Positions 25,941-38,900 of a DNA stretch of 62,662 nt are shown here, in pieces (the first letter of the stretch is position 1; the number at the start of each line of letters is the position of its first letter). The notes below the pieces were generated by a model. The model ran no database searches. It saw only the letters and a list, made by a program, of their open reading frames with translations, and was not told where the DNA came from. Made by a program: the position numbers and the translations under genes. Origin of the DNA: Hydrolagus affinis (Eukaryota); contig JAAILG010001717.1 of NCBI GenBank assembly GCA_012026655.1, forward strand, positions 1 through 62,662. The letters are read 5' to 3'.

Positions 25941-25972
25941 ATCTGATGGAGTATTTCTTCATCTCGTTATAC

Positions 25973-26248
25973 AATAATAATAAGCCTTGCATTTAACATA
26001 GCGCTTTTCACATCTTCTAGGCATCTCAAAGTGCTTCACAGAATATACTGTACAGGGAATTGACTGTATATTTGTGGATGAAATGTGGCAGCTAATTGCG
26101 CACAACAATGTTCCACAAACAGTCATGGACTGAAGGGACCAATTTATTACTGGGATTTTTCTTGAGTGGATTAAGGAACCTCGCCCTGCCTTGAATTGAA
26201 CTAAGGTCTCTCGCTTGCGAGGCAAGTGGTCTAATCACTGAGCTACAG
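25973..26248 (-). mobile_element. tRNA-derived SINE
   Basis: Tail, body and head of the family. The first ~8 nt of the head are missing at the junction with MITE copy 2. Confidence 0.88.
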
Positions 26249-27064
26249 CCCGTTTATCCGGCACCCGCAGGATCTGGCCAATGCCGATTAAATACAGTCA
26301 GTCCCGACCAGTCAGTTCAGTGCTTTGGGATGTCCTCCCGATGTGAAAGGCGCTATATAAGTGCAGTTTTGTTGTTGTTAAAGCGCCTGCCAGATATTCG
26401 TGCGGCCTGCGGCCAAAAATCCACTACAAAATGATTAAAGTTCTTTTAACACACACCATTCACACCAGACTAAGTAATAAAAGATAGTGGCGGAGTATTG
26501 TGTTGGTGCTTGTTGTTGGGGCTGCTCTCTTGCGCTTCTCACCTTTTCTGGTTGGGGTTTGCGGTCCAGCGATTCTTTTTTGAACGGAGGGCGCCAGGCG
26601 GGTGAGGGAGGCGGCAACGCAATTTTAAAGTCGTGCGACTTTACTAGCTGCAAGCCGAAGCCCTAGACTCTACTAGTGGCAAACCGGAATACTGCACTTG
26701 CGAGACAATGTGGGTTATCGGCTAGCATTATCTGCTTGCCACTAATATGACTTTGAAGTCATATGCGCTCCGATTTTTTCACCCGCTTGGCGTGCTCCAT
26801 TTTGGAGAGAGTCGCTGGACTGCAAACCTCAACCGCAGCATCATGGCTTCAAGCTCAGCATCTACCAGCGGGGGTGGGGGGCGCAGGAGAGTAGTTTTGA
26901 TGGTGAGTGCCAATACAATATTATGTTATTATTTATGCATTTACAAATGCTCCACTGCTATTGTTCCGGATAAGTTCCGGTTTATCGAATGGTGACTTTT
27001 TTTTGGTGTGCCGGTTATATGGAAGTGTCGGTGCATTGAATCATGGATAAACGGGCTTCTACTG
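26246..27064. mobile_element. Tigger/pogo-like MITE, copy 2 (inverted relative to copy 1, with a nested L2 tail)
   Basis: Reverse-complement homologue of 19348-20057. Right TIR gataaacgggcttctactg+TA is intact and the left TIR lacks 6 nt. An ~85-bp insert is flanked by ttaaa. Confidence 0.9.
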
Positions 27065-28997
27065 TATTTTGATTCTTATAGAAAGTACCATATGATGGAA
27101 TCCATCACTTATTGGTTAGTTGATACAAGCTACACATTGATCTTGAACCTACAATGAATTACAAATAATCACACCATATTCTCTTCCTTTTTTGACCTCT
27201 GCTGATGGACAGTTCACAGTTTATATATGTATATATCATGAATATATATATTATATTCACTGCAGCTTGTTCCAATAAAAATCCTTGCATTTAATATAAC
27301 TTTTTCAAGTATTCTAGACATCTCAAAGTGCTTCAAAGAATATACAGTAAATGAATTGACTGTAAATTCATAGATAAAATGATACCTTTGATTCATCCAT
27401 AGTAAATTCCATCTGTCATTCACTGGTCAATCTGTTTAGTTGGTTTGCAAATGCCATTTATCCTTGAATTATTTACCTGCCTATGTATCATTACAATTAT
27501 ATCATTACCATTGTTGTATCGTCATTGCATCAACTACTCATCTACTCTGAGATTTATATGTGCTATAATTTGAAAACAAATAGAACTAACCACTGTGGAA
27601 CTCCACAATGCAATGCCCTAGACAGATGTTATCCATTTTTAATCTATTTTGCTTCCTATTGCTAAAACAGCTTTCAATCTAACTAACTACTGTAATTAAC
27701 AAAACAACAACAACTTGCCTTTATATAGTGCCTTTCACATCAGGATGACATTCCATTTATGATCAATTCCATAATCTTTAAACATCTCATGTGTAAAACA
27801 TAATCCAATGACTTCTCAAAATTTCACTGAATTTATGTTCCGTCGATGAGGCGTTAAAGTGAGATTCAAAATATCTGCCTATTTAGATGGATTAAAAGTT
27901 CCCATGGCACTATTCGAAAAGAGAAGGGAATTTATCCAGGTGTTCTGCCTAATAATTCTTCAATACAGTCATTCACCTTATGATGGTTGTGGGATATTGC
28001 TAAACCCAAATTGCCTGGTTTGCTTACAAAATACATTGCACTTTGCAGTAAAACAGTTTGAGACGTACTCCCAGCATGAGATTTGAGAATCCCTCCTGAG
28101 TTTGAAGTGCTAAAAACTAATGCAAGGATTATTATTATGTTTAATTGAAAGACAAATTACAATAGCTTCAGTAAGATTTACTGCAAACTACAAAGTTAGA
28201 AGAACATCTCCAGTATCAGAAACAGTACAATTTCTTAATCTCATAGAGTATATGTGTGTGTGTGTGTGGGGGGGGGGGTGTTATAAATACAGTGCTAAAC
28301 TAGGTTTGTGTTTCAAGGGAAGAAACACACACTTTTTCACCCACTCTTAAGCATAGCTTATCGGGCTGTGGCCTTCCAGATCTGAGTGCAATAAAAATGA
28401 TATCTCATCAAAAAGAACCTCTTATAAATGTGTCCAAGGCTGGGTCTTTATTTGAAAAAATCATGAGCAATAATGCAAAGGTCTCAAAGAAAGCCGGGCA
28501 AGGACATGACAATACAATTGCAAATAAAAAGTATGTGCGAGGATGCATTCTAGGAAATGTGAAGTTTTTTTTAGATTCTCACTTTATTTACATTTACGTA
28601 GCGAAATTCTATTACACTGTCTGTAGAATGTCAGTCGATGGATTTTTTTTTATCAAATTAGAGCTGTATAGAGCAATATGGAGCATTTCAACAACAGGAA
28701 ATTACATTTGTAGAAGCACTTTCATGTTGAGAGGACATCTCAAAGTGTTGGACAGTCAAGCCTGTACACCCAAGCTGGAGGTTAGGATCAGAAGGGATAC
28801 TAACAGTATATACTAAGAAGATTTTTTGAAGGCCAATTGCCTGACTCAACTATTAAAACTTGACTAAAGCATCCAAACGTTTATGTCAAGACCCTTGACT
28901 TTTCTGATGCACCTGTTAAACTAGCCACTAGGAGGTATGCAAGAGCAGTGTGGGTTGATTTGCCTTGTGCTAAGTAAGAAATAGATTGTTAATTTAG

Positions 28998-29313
28998 TAA
29001 TAATAATCCTTGCATTTGATATAGCGCTTTTCACATCTTATTGACGTCTCAAAGAGCTTCACAGAATATACTGTAAAGTGAATTGACTGTATATTTGTTG
29101 GCGAAATGCGGCAGCCAATTGCGCACAGTAGTGTCCCACAAACAGTGGATTGAAATGACCAATTTTTTTTATTATTGTGGGGTTCTTTTGGACAGATTAC
29201 TATTAAGCATGTGGAGTAAGGAAACTTGGCAAAGGATTCGCCCTGATCTGCCTGGATTCGTATACATGTGTCACGCTTGTAAGGCGAGTGTTCTAACCAC
29301 TGAGCTACAGGAG
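28998..29313 (-). mobile_element. Full-length tRNA-derived SINE
   Basis: Well-preserved copy with A box, body, stem-loop tail and (TTA)n. Confidence 0.9.
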
Positions 29314-30582
29314 CTATTGTACCTATAGAAATAATGTGCATTTTGCTTGAAATAATCTGTTTTGAACACTTAGATAGGGTGGCCAATTTTGTGAACCAAA
29401 GCTGGGGACATGTATATATTAAAAAATTGAACTCACACAATTGCTGATGCTGTCAGCACTGGAGAAGCTTGTTGGATTAATGGCTGTGTCTCTTTGATGA
29501 GTGTATCTGTTTTAGAATGTTATTGTTCTTGCTCAGTTTGTTGCTGAACACACGGTAGGACAAATTTGGCTCCAGGTGCACAATATGTTATCTGCAGACT
29601 GTCCCCAGAAATCAGGGACGTATGGTCACCTTAATGAATACTGAAAGATAACGACAATTTAGTTGTTTTCTTCTGGGCTTGAATTATTCAGGGCACTGTT
29701 ATTCATGTTATTTTACCTTAAAATGTTAATGGACAGAGATATAACATAAATACAGTACTTTAATATTGCAAGCGAGCTTACAGGGCAATCAAACAAATGA
29801 TACCAACATTTGAAATAAGTTAAGATATTGAAAATAAGAGAACTCAAATAGATTACTGCCAACGATGGAAAGCATAAGGTAGGCAGGCAAGTTCTGACTG
29901 AAAGATTTATGATGTGGTAAATTGCTTGAGTTACCTCAAAACAAGATAGTTTTACTAATGATGGTGTGACTAAATAGCTGAATAAAAAAGTTTTGACAAT
30001 GGCACTGCAATTGATTTCAGGATTGACACTAATCTGAGCAGATTGTAAATGAGATTTCAATGCCCCACCATCTGTAACTAGAAATGATCAGATCCAAATT
30101 TCTATTGATATAAGAACTGGTGACTTTTTGAGACCCGCTAAAGGGGCTTTGTTAAAATTAATACTGTGGGCTGCATTGATTAGCTCATTAAACAATGTGA
30201 TGTTGTGATGATTTATTTGCTTCACTGTTGACCCTTTGTGATAATATGTTGTAATATTATGCAGCATAAATTCAACAGTAATTTAATGAGGAGGTTAAAA
30301 AACTTTTTCATAATTCCTCTGACTCTTTCCCTCCTTATAGATCTTGTCAGCTCTTTTGTCTCCTCTAGCTAAGTGGGGAAGTAGGTAAGACACATCCAGG
30401 TGTTTATCAGTACAATTCTCCAGCTGAACACCATCCAGCAAAATTATTGTTTCAGGCTTTTCTTCCACTCCACCACATGGGAAACATTTTATTCTCTGCC
30501 CAGTGTCTCTGCAGACCAATATGGCAAACATCCAGAAATCAGTAGAGCAAGGAAAATTGTAAACTGTTTATCTTCACTGCAT

Positions 30583-30893
30583 GGGTGTAGCTCAGTAAGT
30601 AGAGCACTCGCCTTGCAAGTGAGCAACCTGGGTTTGATTCCCGGCAGGGCGAAATGTTGAGGACGTTTCCTTACTCCACATGCCTCTGTTTACCTAGGAG
30701 TAAGTAGGAACCCAGAGGTTAGTCGTTTGGCAGATCGCTTTTCTGGGGTTAATAATTCGTTTAAAAAAAATAAAAATTGTCACTTCAATCCACAACTATT
30801 TGTGGGGCACTGCTGTGCGCAATTGGCTGCCAAGTTTCAGCCACAGAATATACAGTCAATTTACTTGACAGTACATTCTGCGAGGCACTTTGT
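30583..30893 (+). mobile_element. tRNA-derived SINE (longer-middle variant)
   Basis: tgtagctcagt..agagcactcgccttgcaag..gggtttgattccc head plus body. The tail is truncated. Confidence 0.85.
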
Positions 30894-32122
30894 AATGCTT
30901 TCTAAGGGGACAACATGTTGTTGATCTTATTCACTCTTCCACAATGTTATCCCATCCTCTGACATTTTTACTTTGATAATTGTGTGTTACTTATTTATGA
31001 ACTGACTGTGAATTTAAATACGTTTTGGTTTTCTTATGAAAAGCTGAAGAAGAAAATAGCCATTTTTAATAGATGATTAATTTTTCATTTATTAACCACA
31101 AATTATTTTAATTCTTATACAATGATTATCAACAACATGTGTTTATATAGAACCCGTCTTGTATGACAATTTGGAGTGCTGTAGAAGGTTGGGCGTTGAA
31201 CAAGAGAGAGGGGAGGTGGGAGATGTCAATATGCACTTATGAAGAAATAGGTTTTGAAGCAGGACTTAAAGACAGAAAGAGAGGAGGCAAGGTAGAGTGG
31301 TACAGGAAAGAAGTTCCAGAGGTAGGGAGTTGGCTCTGAAGGGGAGCGAGCAAAGCAGTTGTATAGGAGAATATTGGAGAGGTAAGGCTGCCAGAATTCA
31401 CAGGGATCAAAGTTCAATGAGCACTGTGACTTGAAATATTTCTATGTTGCAATTCTTCTTCCTATAAAGTGTTCTGACTACCGGGTATACCACTGAAATT
31501 CTGGTAGTTTAATTATTTAATGATAAATTATAATGAGGTCTATTAAGAGAGTGTTATGCAAGTCACATTTCATCTCTCTCCAGAGATGACTGATCATCAC
31601 TTTGACAATCTCTGCAGTGTGCGGAGGGGGTGGGTGGGCGGATGGGTTGAGGGGTGGGTTGAGGGGTGGAATTCATTTAAAAATCAAGAAACTGATTCAG
31701 CCTCCAAAACATAATGTATTATTGATTTGTTGCACTGCCTTGTTTAAAGTTTTAGTTTCATAGCCCATAATAATAATAATCTATGCATTTAAGGTAACGT
31801 CTTATCATGTCTTTGAGAAGTTTCAAAGTACTTCACAGAATATACTGTTTAGTAAATTGACTGTATATTTTGTGGGTGAAAAATGCTGGGTGATTTTACA
31901 TTCATTCCTAAATATGCAGAACTTGGAGGACAAGATCATCCATTACTTGGTAACTGACCTGGCAGAAATCAGATGTGAGTAGCCACAAAGAACTATAAAT
32001 GTACCAAATATTAGAGATCAACACTTATTGCTTCTTTATTATTAAGTTTTAAAATGTGTTAATGGATAATAATTGAATCAAGGCTGTGTTAGAGTCTTCT
32101 TTGATATGATAATAATAATCTT

Positions 32123-32440
32123 TAATAATAATAATCCTTGCAATTGATATAGTGCTTTTCAAGTATTCTAAATGTCTCAGCGCTTCACAGAATATACTTT
32201 AAAGAGAATTGACTGTATATTTGTGGGCAAAACATGGCAGCCAATTGCACACAGCAGCGTCCCACATGCAGTCGTGGATTGAAATGACCAATTTATTGTT
32301 GTTTTATTTTTTGAGGGATCATTATTAGGTATGTGGAGTAAAGAAACTTGCCCAAGGTTTCGCCCTGACCTGACTGGAATTGAATCCAGGTCTCTCGCTT
32401 GTAAAGTGACTGCTCTAACCACTGAGCCACAGGACTCCAC
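32123..32440 (-). mobile_element. Full-length tRNA-derived SINE
   Basis: Head gtggagtcctgtggctcagtgg through to the (TTA)n tail. Confidence 0.9.
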
Positions 32441-34039
32441 AATATAATGATGAGAAGTCAGACTGTCACGGAGTTGATTGACATTTCTGCCATTATTGCT
32501 TGCTCCATATTTCACAGCTCAGCTAAAACTTTCCTTATTTTCCTGTGGTTTTTTTCATGACATGTCATGTCACCTTCATTGTACTGCTGAGAAACATACT
32601 GCTTCAAGCAGGAATGGGTAATGGTGCAGTTAAAACTAGGACTCTACATGCTCCTTATAGCAAACACTCATAGCAAACTCCTCACTTACACAACAGTCCA
32701 CACATTCGTTGAGAAAAAAAAAAAATTGGTCACTTCAATCTATGGCTGTGTGTGGGGCACTGCTGTGCACAATTGGTTGCTGTGTTTTGCCCACAAACAT
32801 ACAGTCAATTCACAAAGTGCTTTGAGACATCTAGAAGACGGGAAAAATGTTATATCAAATGTAAGGATTATTATTGTATTGTTATTCCAGATTCCACTCC
32901 CTATCTCTCAATATATTCATTTGAAAGTCCTCATGTCCAAAACCATCAACAATGGTAAACAATTGGATCGTACTTACCTTTCATTTTTTACCGCACTTAC
33001 CCTCCTAATTTGGGCTTGCTCCACATCCTTCTCCCTCTCCACGTTATGATTGATGGCCAAATAGTTCTTATGCCTCTAACCTCTAGAATTGCCTCTCTCT
33101 TTTCACTCTTCCCATTCCCTTGCTTTTGGTCTTTACCTCCCATCTCAAATCCTACTTCTTCAAATGCACCTTCCCCTCCCTTGCTCCATTGATGTCCAAC
33201 CCCATCCCTATAAAGCACTGTGGGATGTTACCCAATGTGAAGAGAGTGTATAAATCCAAAGAAAGACACTATTCCCTTCCCCTCTCATTGTTCCCTGCTA
33301 CCATGAGTTTTTGCTATAGAATAAAGTGACCTGATGCAAAGCCACTGCTAACAGTAATCACTATTGATCAACCAGGATAGACGGAAACAACCCAGAATGA
33401 GTACTGTCATTTGTACGGAAGCATCTGAGTTTCAGTTGTCATCTGTACTATGTGGGGAATGTGCCAAACTTGAACAGTAGTTCAGTCCTTTGGCACAGCT
33501 CAATAATCCTCCAAAGAACTTGACATTGTGCAGATCCGGTGTTGAATATTGAAAATTTGGGGGGAACAAGATAAAGAGTTCAAAGTTTAAATTCTCAATG
33601 TAGCAAGTCAGAGGATTACACACAAGGAGCATTTAGCTTTCTTGCTGCCTATGGTCAAAGTTCCTACACATAGTGGCATGAGGAATTTATCACCAGCCAA
33701 TATATTTTTGTTGGTACAGAGGAGAGTATATAATTTCTGAAACTAACTGACTGAGGCATTTGTCGGAAAATATTCACATTCCCTATAGTAGATAGAAAGG
33801 GGACGTGGAAAGTATTTCCACAGTTTATTGCCTGCTTCAGTGGTATAATATGGGTGAAAAAAGTAGAACGTAATGGTATAGCAACAACAACCATAGTTAT
33901 CAAATACTATATTTCTCACCCAATCATCTCCTGTTCAACAACATTCTGGGCACCATGTTTCTGTTACATCAATGACAATCTTTGGTTTTATAAAACTATG
34001 CCTATCACATTGTCATGTAAATGAATACTTGCTTGGCTG

Positions 34040-34280
34040 CATATGCTGATTGAAAATTATTAATATAGATAAGAAAAAGTAAAGGTCTCGATGTTGAGCC
34101 TTGGGCAGATGCCCACCGGCAGGGAACTTGACATTATCTGAGCTAGAGATACTAATTGAGATTAGTCCTTTAAATAAGATCTGAACCACTGAAGTGTTGG
34201 ACTGTTAAAATTAAAATCGGCTTATTTATTGAGAAGGGCAGTGCAATTAACTGTGTCAAAGGCTTCTATGTATCCAGGAA
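34040..34280 (-). mobile_element. Very old LINE RT fragment
   Basis: Minus strand shows AFDTVN..LQWFRSYL followed by a degenerate GVPQGS..LLFLIYIN-like segment. Confidence 0.5.
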
Positions 34281-35319
34281 AGCAGCTTCCTTAGGTCCAG
34301 AAAAAACGGCTCCCACTAGATAGCCCTTCTCAAGTGCCCACTCAATAAGATCTCATAAAAATCAATAAGATCTGCTGAAAGCGGTGGGGTCAAATTGGTG
34401 TTTGCATGGCAACAAGTGTCCACAGTGGGCAAAACAAAATTGTCAGTAACTTTCTTCTACATAACTCTATCAAGGATTTTAACCCAAATGCCAAAATTGA
34501 ATGTTAGTTATTCATCCTAGAATCATTTCTTCATTAAAGGGAATTGCATTTAACAGCTTTGCCGAGCACCTTTTTGCAGCTCTCACTGTAAGAAACATAA
34601 TGCTTAATCACCGGGAGAATTCAACCTGGGTCTGTTTTGTTCTAGCCTTTCAGAGCATCCAGAATATGATAAGTGTTTACATATAGTCTTCATTTGGAAG
34701 TTGATTTTCAGTGAGTAAAGTACTATTAAGAACGGTAGAAAACTGGCTGCAGAGTTAAAACTGAATTAAACGGTTTACAGATTCTGCACACTCTGAAATG
34801 CTAAGAAAAGAAAATAACTAGTGGACTTTCTCCACCATGACGCGTTAAACAATCAGACTTTTACAACATTGATATCAGACATGCTTGGAATAGAAAAATT
34901 GGACATTTCAACGCTAATGCAATATCATCCATTTTTGATGCCTCAGTGATTCATTATTTTTTTCTTCATCAATTGCATTCCATGATGGATTTTAAATAGA
35001 AAATTACTCTACCTCAGATTGCACTGGGACATATTTGAATCACAGTCATGTGCACGCTCTCACAGGAGGGACACATCCTACTTATCTAATTCCAGAAAGT
35101 ATTTGGCATAGGCTGGCAAGCGGCCAGGGTGTGTGTTGGGGAAATGTTGCTAAAATGGCATAGCTTGCCATCGGCCACAATAACAGTTAATGGGTCACAC
35201 ACCTAAATGGCATAAGGAGAGAAGGAAAGCCAGTACGTTATTAGAATCTCAGGCACACCCTTGCAGCCAGTGACAGAGATGAATTGGTGAATGTCTGACA
35301 TCATGTCTCAACTAGGTAC

Positions 35320-35930
35320 AACAGCAACAACTTGCATTTATATAGTACCATTCATGTAGAACGGCATCTCAGAGTGTTTAACAATGATGGAGACCAATGC
35401 TGAGCCAGGGGTAGAGGGAAGGTGACCGTAGGCATGGTCAAAGAGGAGGGTCTTCAACAGTGACAAGGGAGAGGGATATAGAGAGAGAGAGTTCCAAAGT
35501 TTTGGGGTGCAGTAGCTTAAAGCACTACTGGCAATGCTGGGGTGTGGGGACCGGGGACAAGTAGAAGTCAGGAGCTAGTTCAGTAGAGGCAACAGGTAGT
35601 AGAGTAGGGAGAGTGCAGGTTTGAGAGATAGGGAGGGAGGTGCCCGTGTGTGAAGCGATTCATATATTAAAGTGAGGATCTTAAAATTGATCTGTTCTGT
35701 GACAAGAAGTCAATGGAGCTTGACAAGGAATGGGTAATAGAGGTATGGACTTTAGTATGGGTGAGAATGAAGATGTAGGAGTTTTGAATGAATTGAACTT
35801 TGTGAATAGTTAAGCAGGAGAGACAAGCGAGGAAGGTTCTTATTTGGTTGAGGCGGAAGATGACGAAGGCTTGGCAGCTTTTGGAGTGAGATACGGACAG
35901 AGGCACAATGACAGAGTGGTGGCAATGTTA
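35320..35930 (-). mobile_element. Degraded L2 3' fragment
   Basis: QAFVIFRL..IHKVQFIQNS..HTSIT, a decayed L2 C-terminus, with the tail near 35325. Confidence 0.65.
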
Positions 35931-38900
35931 GAGGGAGAGCAAGAGGTGGAACAGAATTTGAAAGAGATGCAGAAAAATAATATTACAAATTTAAACAAGA
36001 TAGAAACTACTGTCTTGGTTACAGTCCAGCATTTGAAGGAGCTGTTTCCCTTCAGCTGTGCTAAGATCCAAATTTATTCCCTCTAGATTTTCCTGATCGA
36101 TTGGAATGCTAAATTATGTCTCTTATGATATTATTCCCAATTTTCAGTCAATTGAACAATATAAAATTCTGTTAAAAGTTGGCTCTTTGTTTGAGTTTGT
36201 TGTACAACTTGATTGATCACCAATGGTAAACGCTGACCTTTGGATTTATAGCTCCTTATTGCAAGGTTTCATGTGAGAATTCTGAAGCCATCTTATTAAC
36301 ACTTATAATACTCTATTGCATTACTGAGTTGATCTTCCCAGGTCGGGCAGGATTTTCTATTAAATTTATTGAACGTTCAAGTTTGCCTCATTCGACCTTT
36401 AGATTTAGAAATATCCAATTTTCTTGTTCCAAATGTGCTCAGATACGTGAGGTGACACCGATTGTTTTTTGGTTGTTGCTACATTTCCAGTTAGGACATT
36501 ACAATTTTTATATTGTTTTAAATAAGAGGCTATTGGTGTTTTTATATGTAGTTTTGTGTTTTCCATGTTCTACATTAAAAACCTTGCCTGGATCAGGGAG
36601 AGGTCATGCTTTATTCACCTTGTCCATAAATGTCACCAGAAATAAATTTTTATCTGTGTTCACACTACACTAAAACCTTCGGCAAATCAGACTAATAAGG
36701 AGGAGTTAAGGTCCATCAAGCCGGAATTTCCCGCTAAGTGTAATGCCAGTTCCGACATGGTAATTATTTGAATCCTGTGAGCAGAAGATAATAATAAAGC
36801 ATGTCAGACCTATGTCTCAAAGTGTTTCACAGGAATTACTGGGAAGTGGAGTGACTGTGTATTTGTAGGCAAACAAGCAGCACAATTGCGCACAGCACAG
36901 CTAATACAATATTTTCTGCTTGCAGGATTCAAAGAATTGGAGTCAAAGTCGATATCCCTGGCCACTGTAAAGGCCAATAAGGATGGTGAGGTTGTGGTGT
37001 TGGCGAGTGCTGGAGAGTTGGGAGTTGGTAGTCTACACTTATGGAACCTGGCTTTGCTTGGCAATTCGGGATACCCGGAGTCCAGTAAGTCGGCTGTACT
37101 GTAATATGACATTGCTTTCACTAAGATCACTGGTCACACTGCCAGAGAATATCACTCCTTCAAAATTGGGCATCTGATAGTAAGTCAAAGACATTTTTAA
37201 TTAAAGTAAGTTGGCATCGATTAAAATTACGTTTGGAGAGTGTTTGTTTTCCTGCACTGCCAGCCTGTAATCAATGCAAAATCAATATGTCCACATTAAT
37301 TCCATTTCTTTTTGAGAGGGTGGGAGGGAGGTTGGATTCAAAATTATTTATAGATTAAAATATGAGAGTTTGGACAAGCAATAAGACACCTGAGGCTTAT
37401 CATTGATTAATACCACTCAGAACGTTGATTTTCTCTCCGTCTCAGACAAAAGAATGACCCTTCCTACCTCTTCTTCCTTTATCATATCTACATGACAAAC
37501 CTGTCATTCAGGAATGGAACCAGAGAAAACAATGCAGCACAATATTTTTTAAAAAGAAGTTGTATTCATCCTTATACTGTTTTATTTATACATTGCACAT
37601 TGCAAAAAGTTTCACAGCACTTTTTATCAAACGTATTTACTTTTTGTTGTAGACAAACAGGATAGCCACTTTTTACATAGCAATAATGATTGATAAGTTT
37701 GGAGGAATTGTTGGCCTGAACACGGAGAAACTCTCTTCCCACAAAATATATAGTAAATTCACGTTACAGTATATTCTCTGAAGCGGTTTGAGACGTCTCA
37801 ACCACGCGATAAGGCACTATTTCAAATGCAAGGATTATTATTATTATTATTCCCTTTTCTGCTAACCTTCAATATCTCCACAGGGCATTGATAGGATTTA
37901 GCATATGGGCAATGGATCCTGGAAATACTGTACATCCAAGAATAGTAAGTACAGGCAGAGGTACCAGTGATTACCAAAACAACTTGCATTTATATAGCGC
38001 TTTCACACAGGGTAGTGCCTCAGAGCGCTTACCAAAATCTTCAGCACTAGCTGCAGTGGAAATAATTTGGGGAGGACATGGAAAAAAACTGAACTATTGA
38101 TTCTGCAAGCATAATTGTCTCATTTGCCACAATTTCTCTGAAATCAATTGACCCCAGAGCACCAAATCGTGATTGAAATAGCAAGAGTAGCTGAGACTTA
38201 ATCACAGCAAAACTCTGAAAACATCTCACGAGGCTGCATTTAGGGAATGAATGGAACTGAAAGGATTCACCAGTAGTGTTTAGAAAATGCAAATTCTGGT
38301 TTCACCTTTGTGAAGAAACATCTATCCATGATCAATACCCAAAGTGGAGATTGACACCACTTGTTTGAAAAAACAAGCGAGACCCATGTCTTTTTGTATT
38401 GTATTGCCCATATTCTCATTTCTAAACTTTTCACTTTTCGCTATCTATTCCATCAACAAATGTTAACAAATGCAGCAGAAATGTTCGGCTCTGGCTGAGC
38501 TGTTTGGTATGATTTCTCTTCAAAGGTTTTGCAAATTGCCTTGCTGCCCTCCACGCAATCTTCACTGAGCTGCAGTTATGTGGTTTGCAACTACCAATAT
38601 AACAGAAACAAGCTTGTGAGGGCTATCATTTTGATGAATGATTTAGCAACAACAAACCACAATATCGGACTATTATTATTTCCTGGTATCTCAATATGTT
38701 TCTAAGATTATGATTGAATTTCAGTTTATGAATTATGATGGATGGGTTCATCATATGCAATAATGGCCCCATTCATATTTTATGAAAATATTCACCATTT
38801 AGCTTTTTTGAAGTATCTGAGCGGTTAAGCCTACATGAAAAACGGTATCTAATATCTATTATTCTTGTTTTGCTGTTAGTTTGCTTCCAAAGACAATCTT

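Noticed and set aside
25780-25960. Hammerhead ribozyme expected at the Penelope end
   Set aside because: No intact CUGANGA..GAAA core with pairing stems found by eye. Only ctgatgga at ~25942.
19362-26995. Pairs of similar short ORFs (MQLVKSRDFK../MQLVKSHDFK.., MTLKSNV../MTLKSYA..)
   Set aside because: They come from the two MITE copies and have non-ATG starts or differing ends, with no domain similarity.
29740-30130. Possible ancient LINE endonuclease remnant (GDFNA-like gagatttcaatgcc)
   Set aside because: A single degenerate motif is too weak to call.
36926-37090. Possible plus-strand exon (ttttctgcttgcag acceptor, gtgag/gtaagt donors)
   Set aside because: No partner exons or recognisable peptide. 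Such sites occur by chance.
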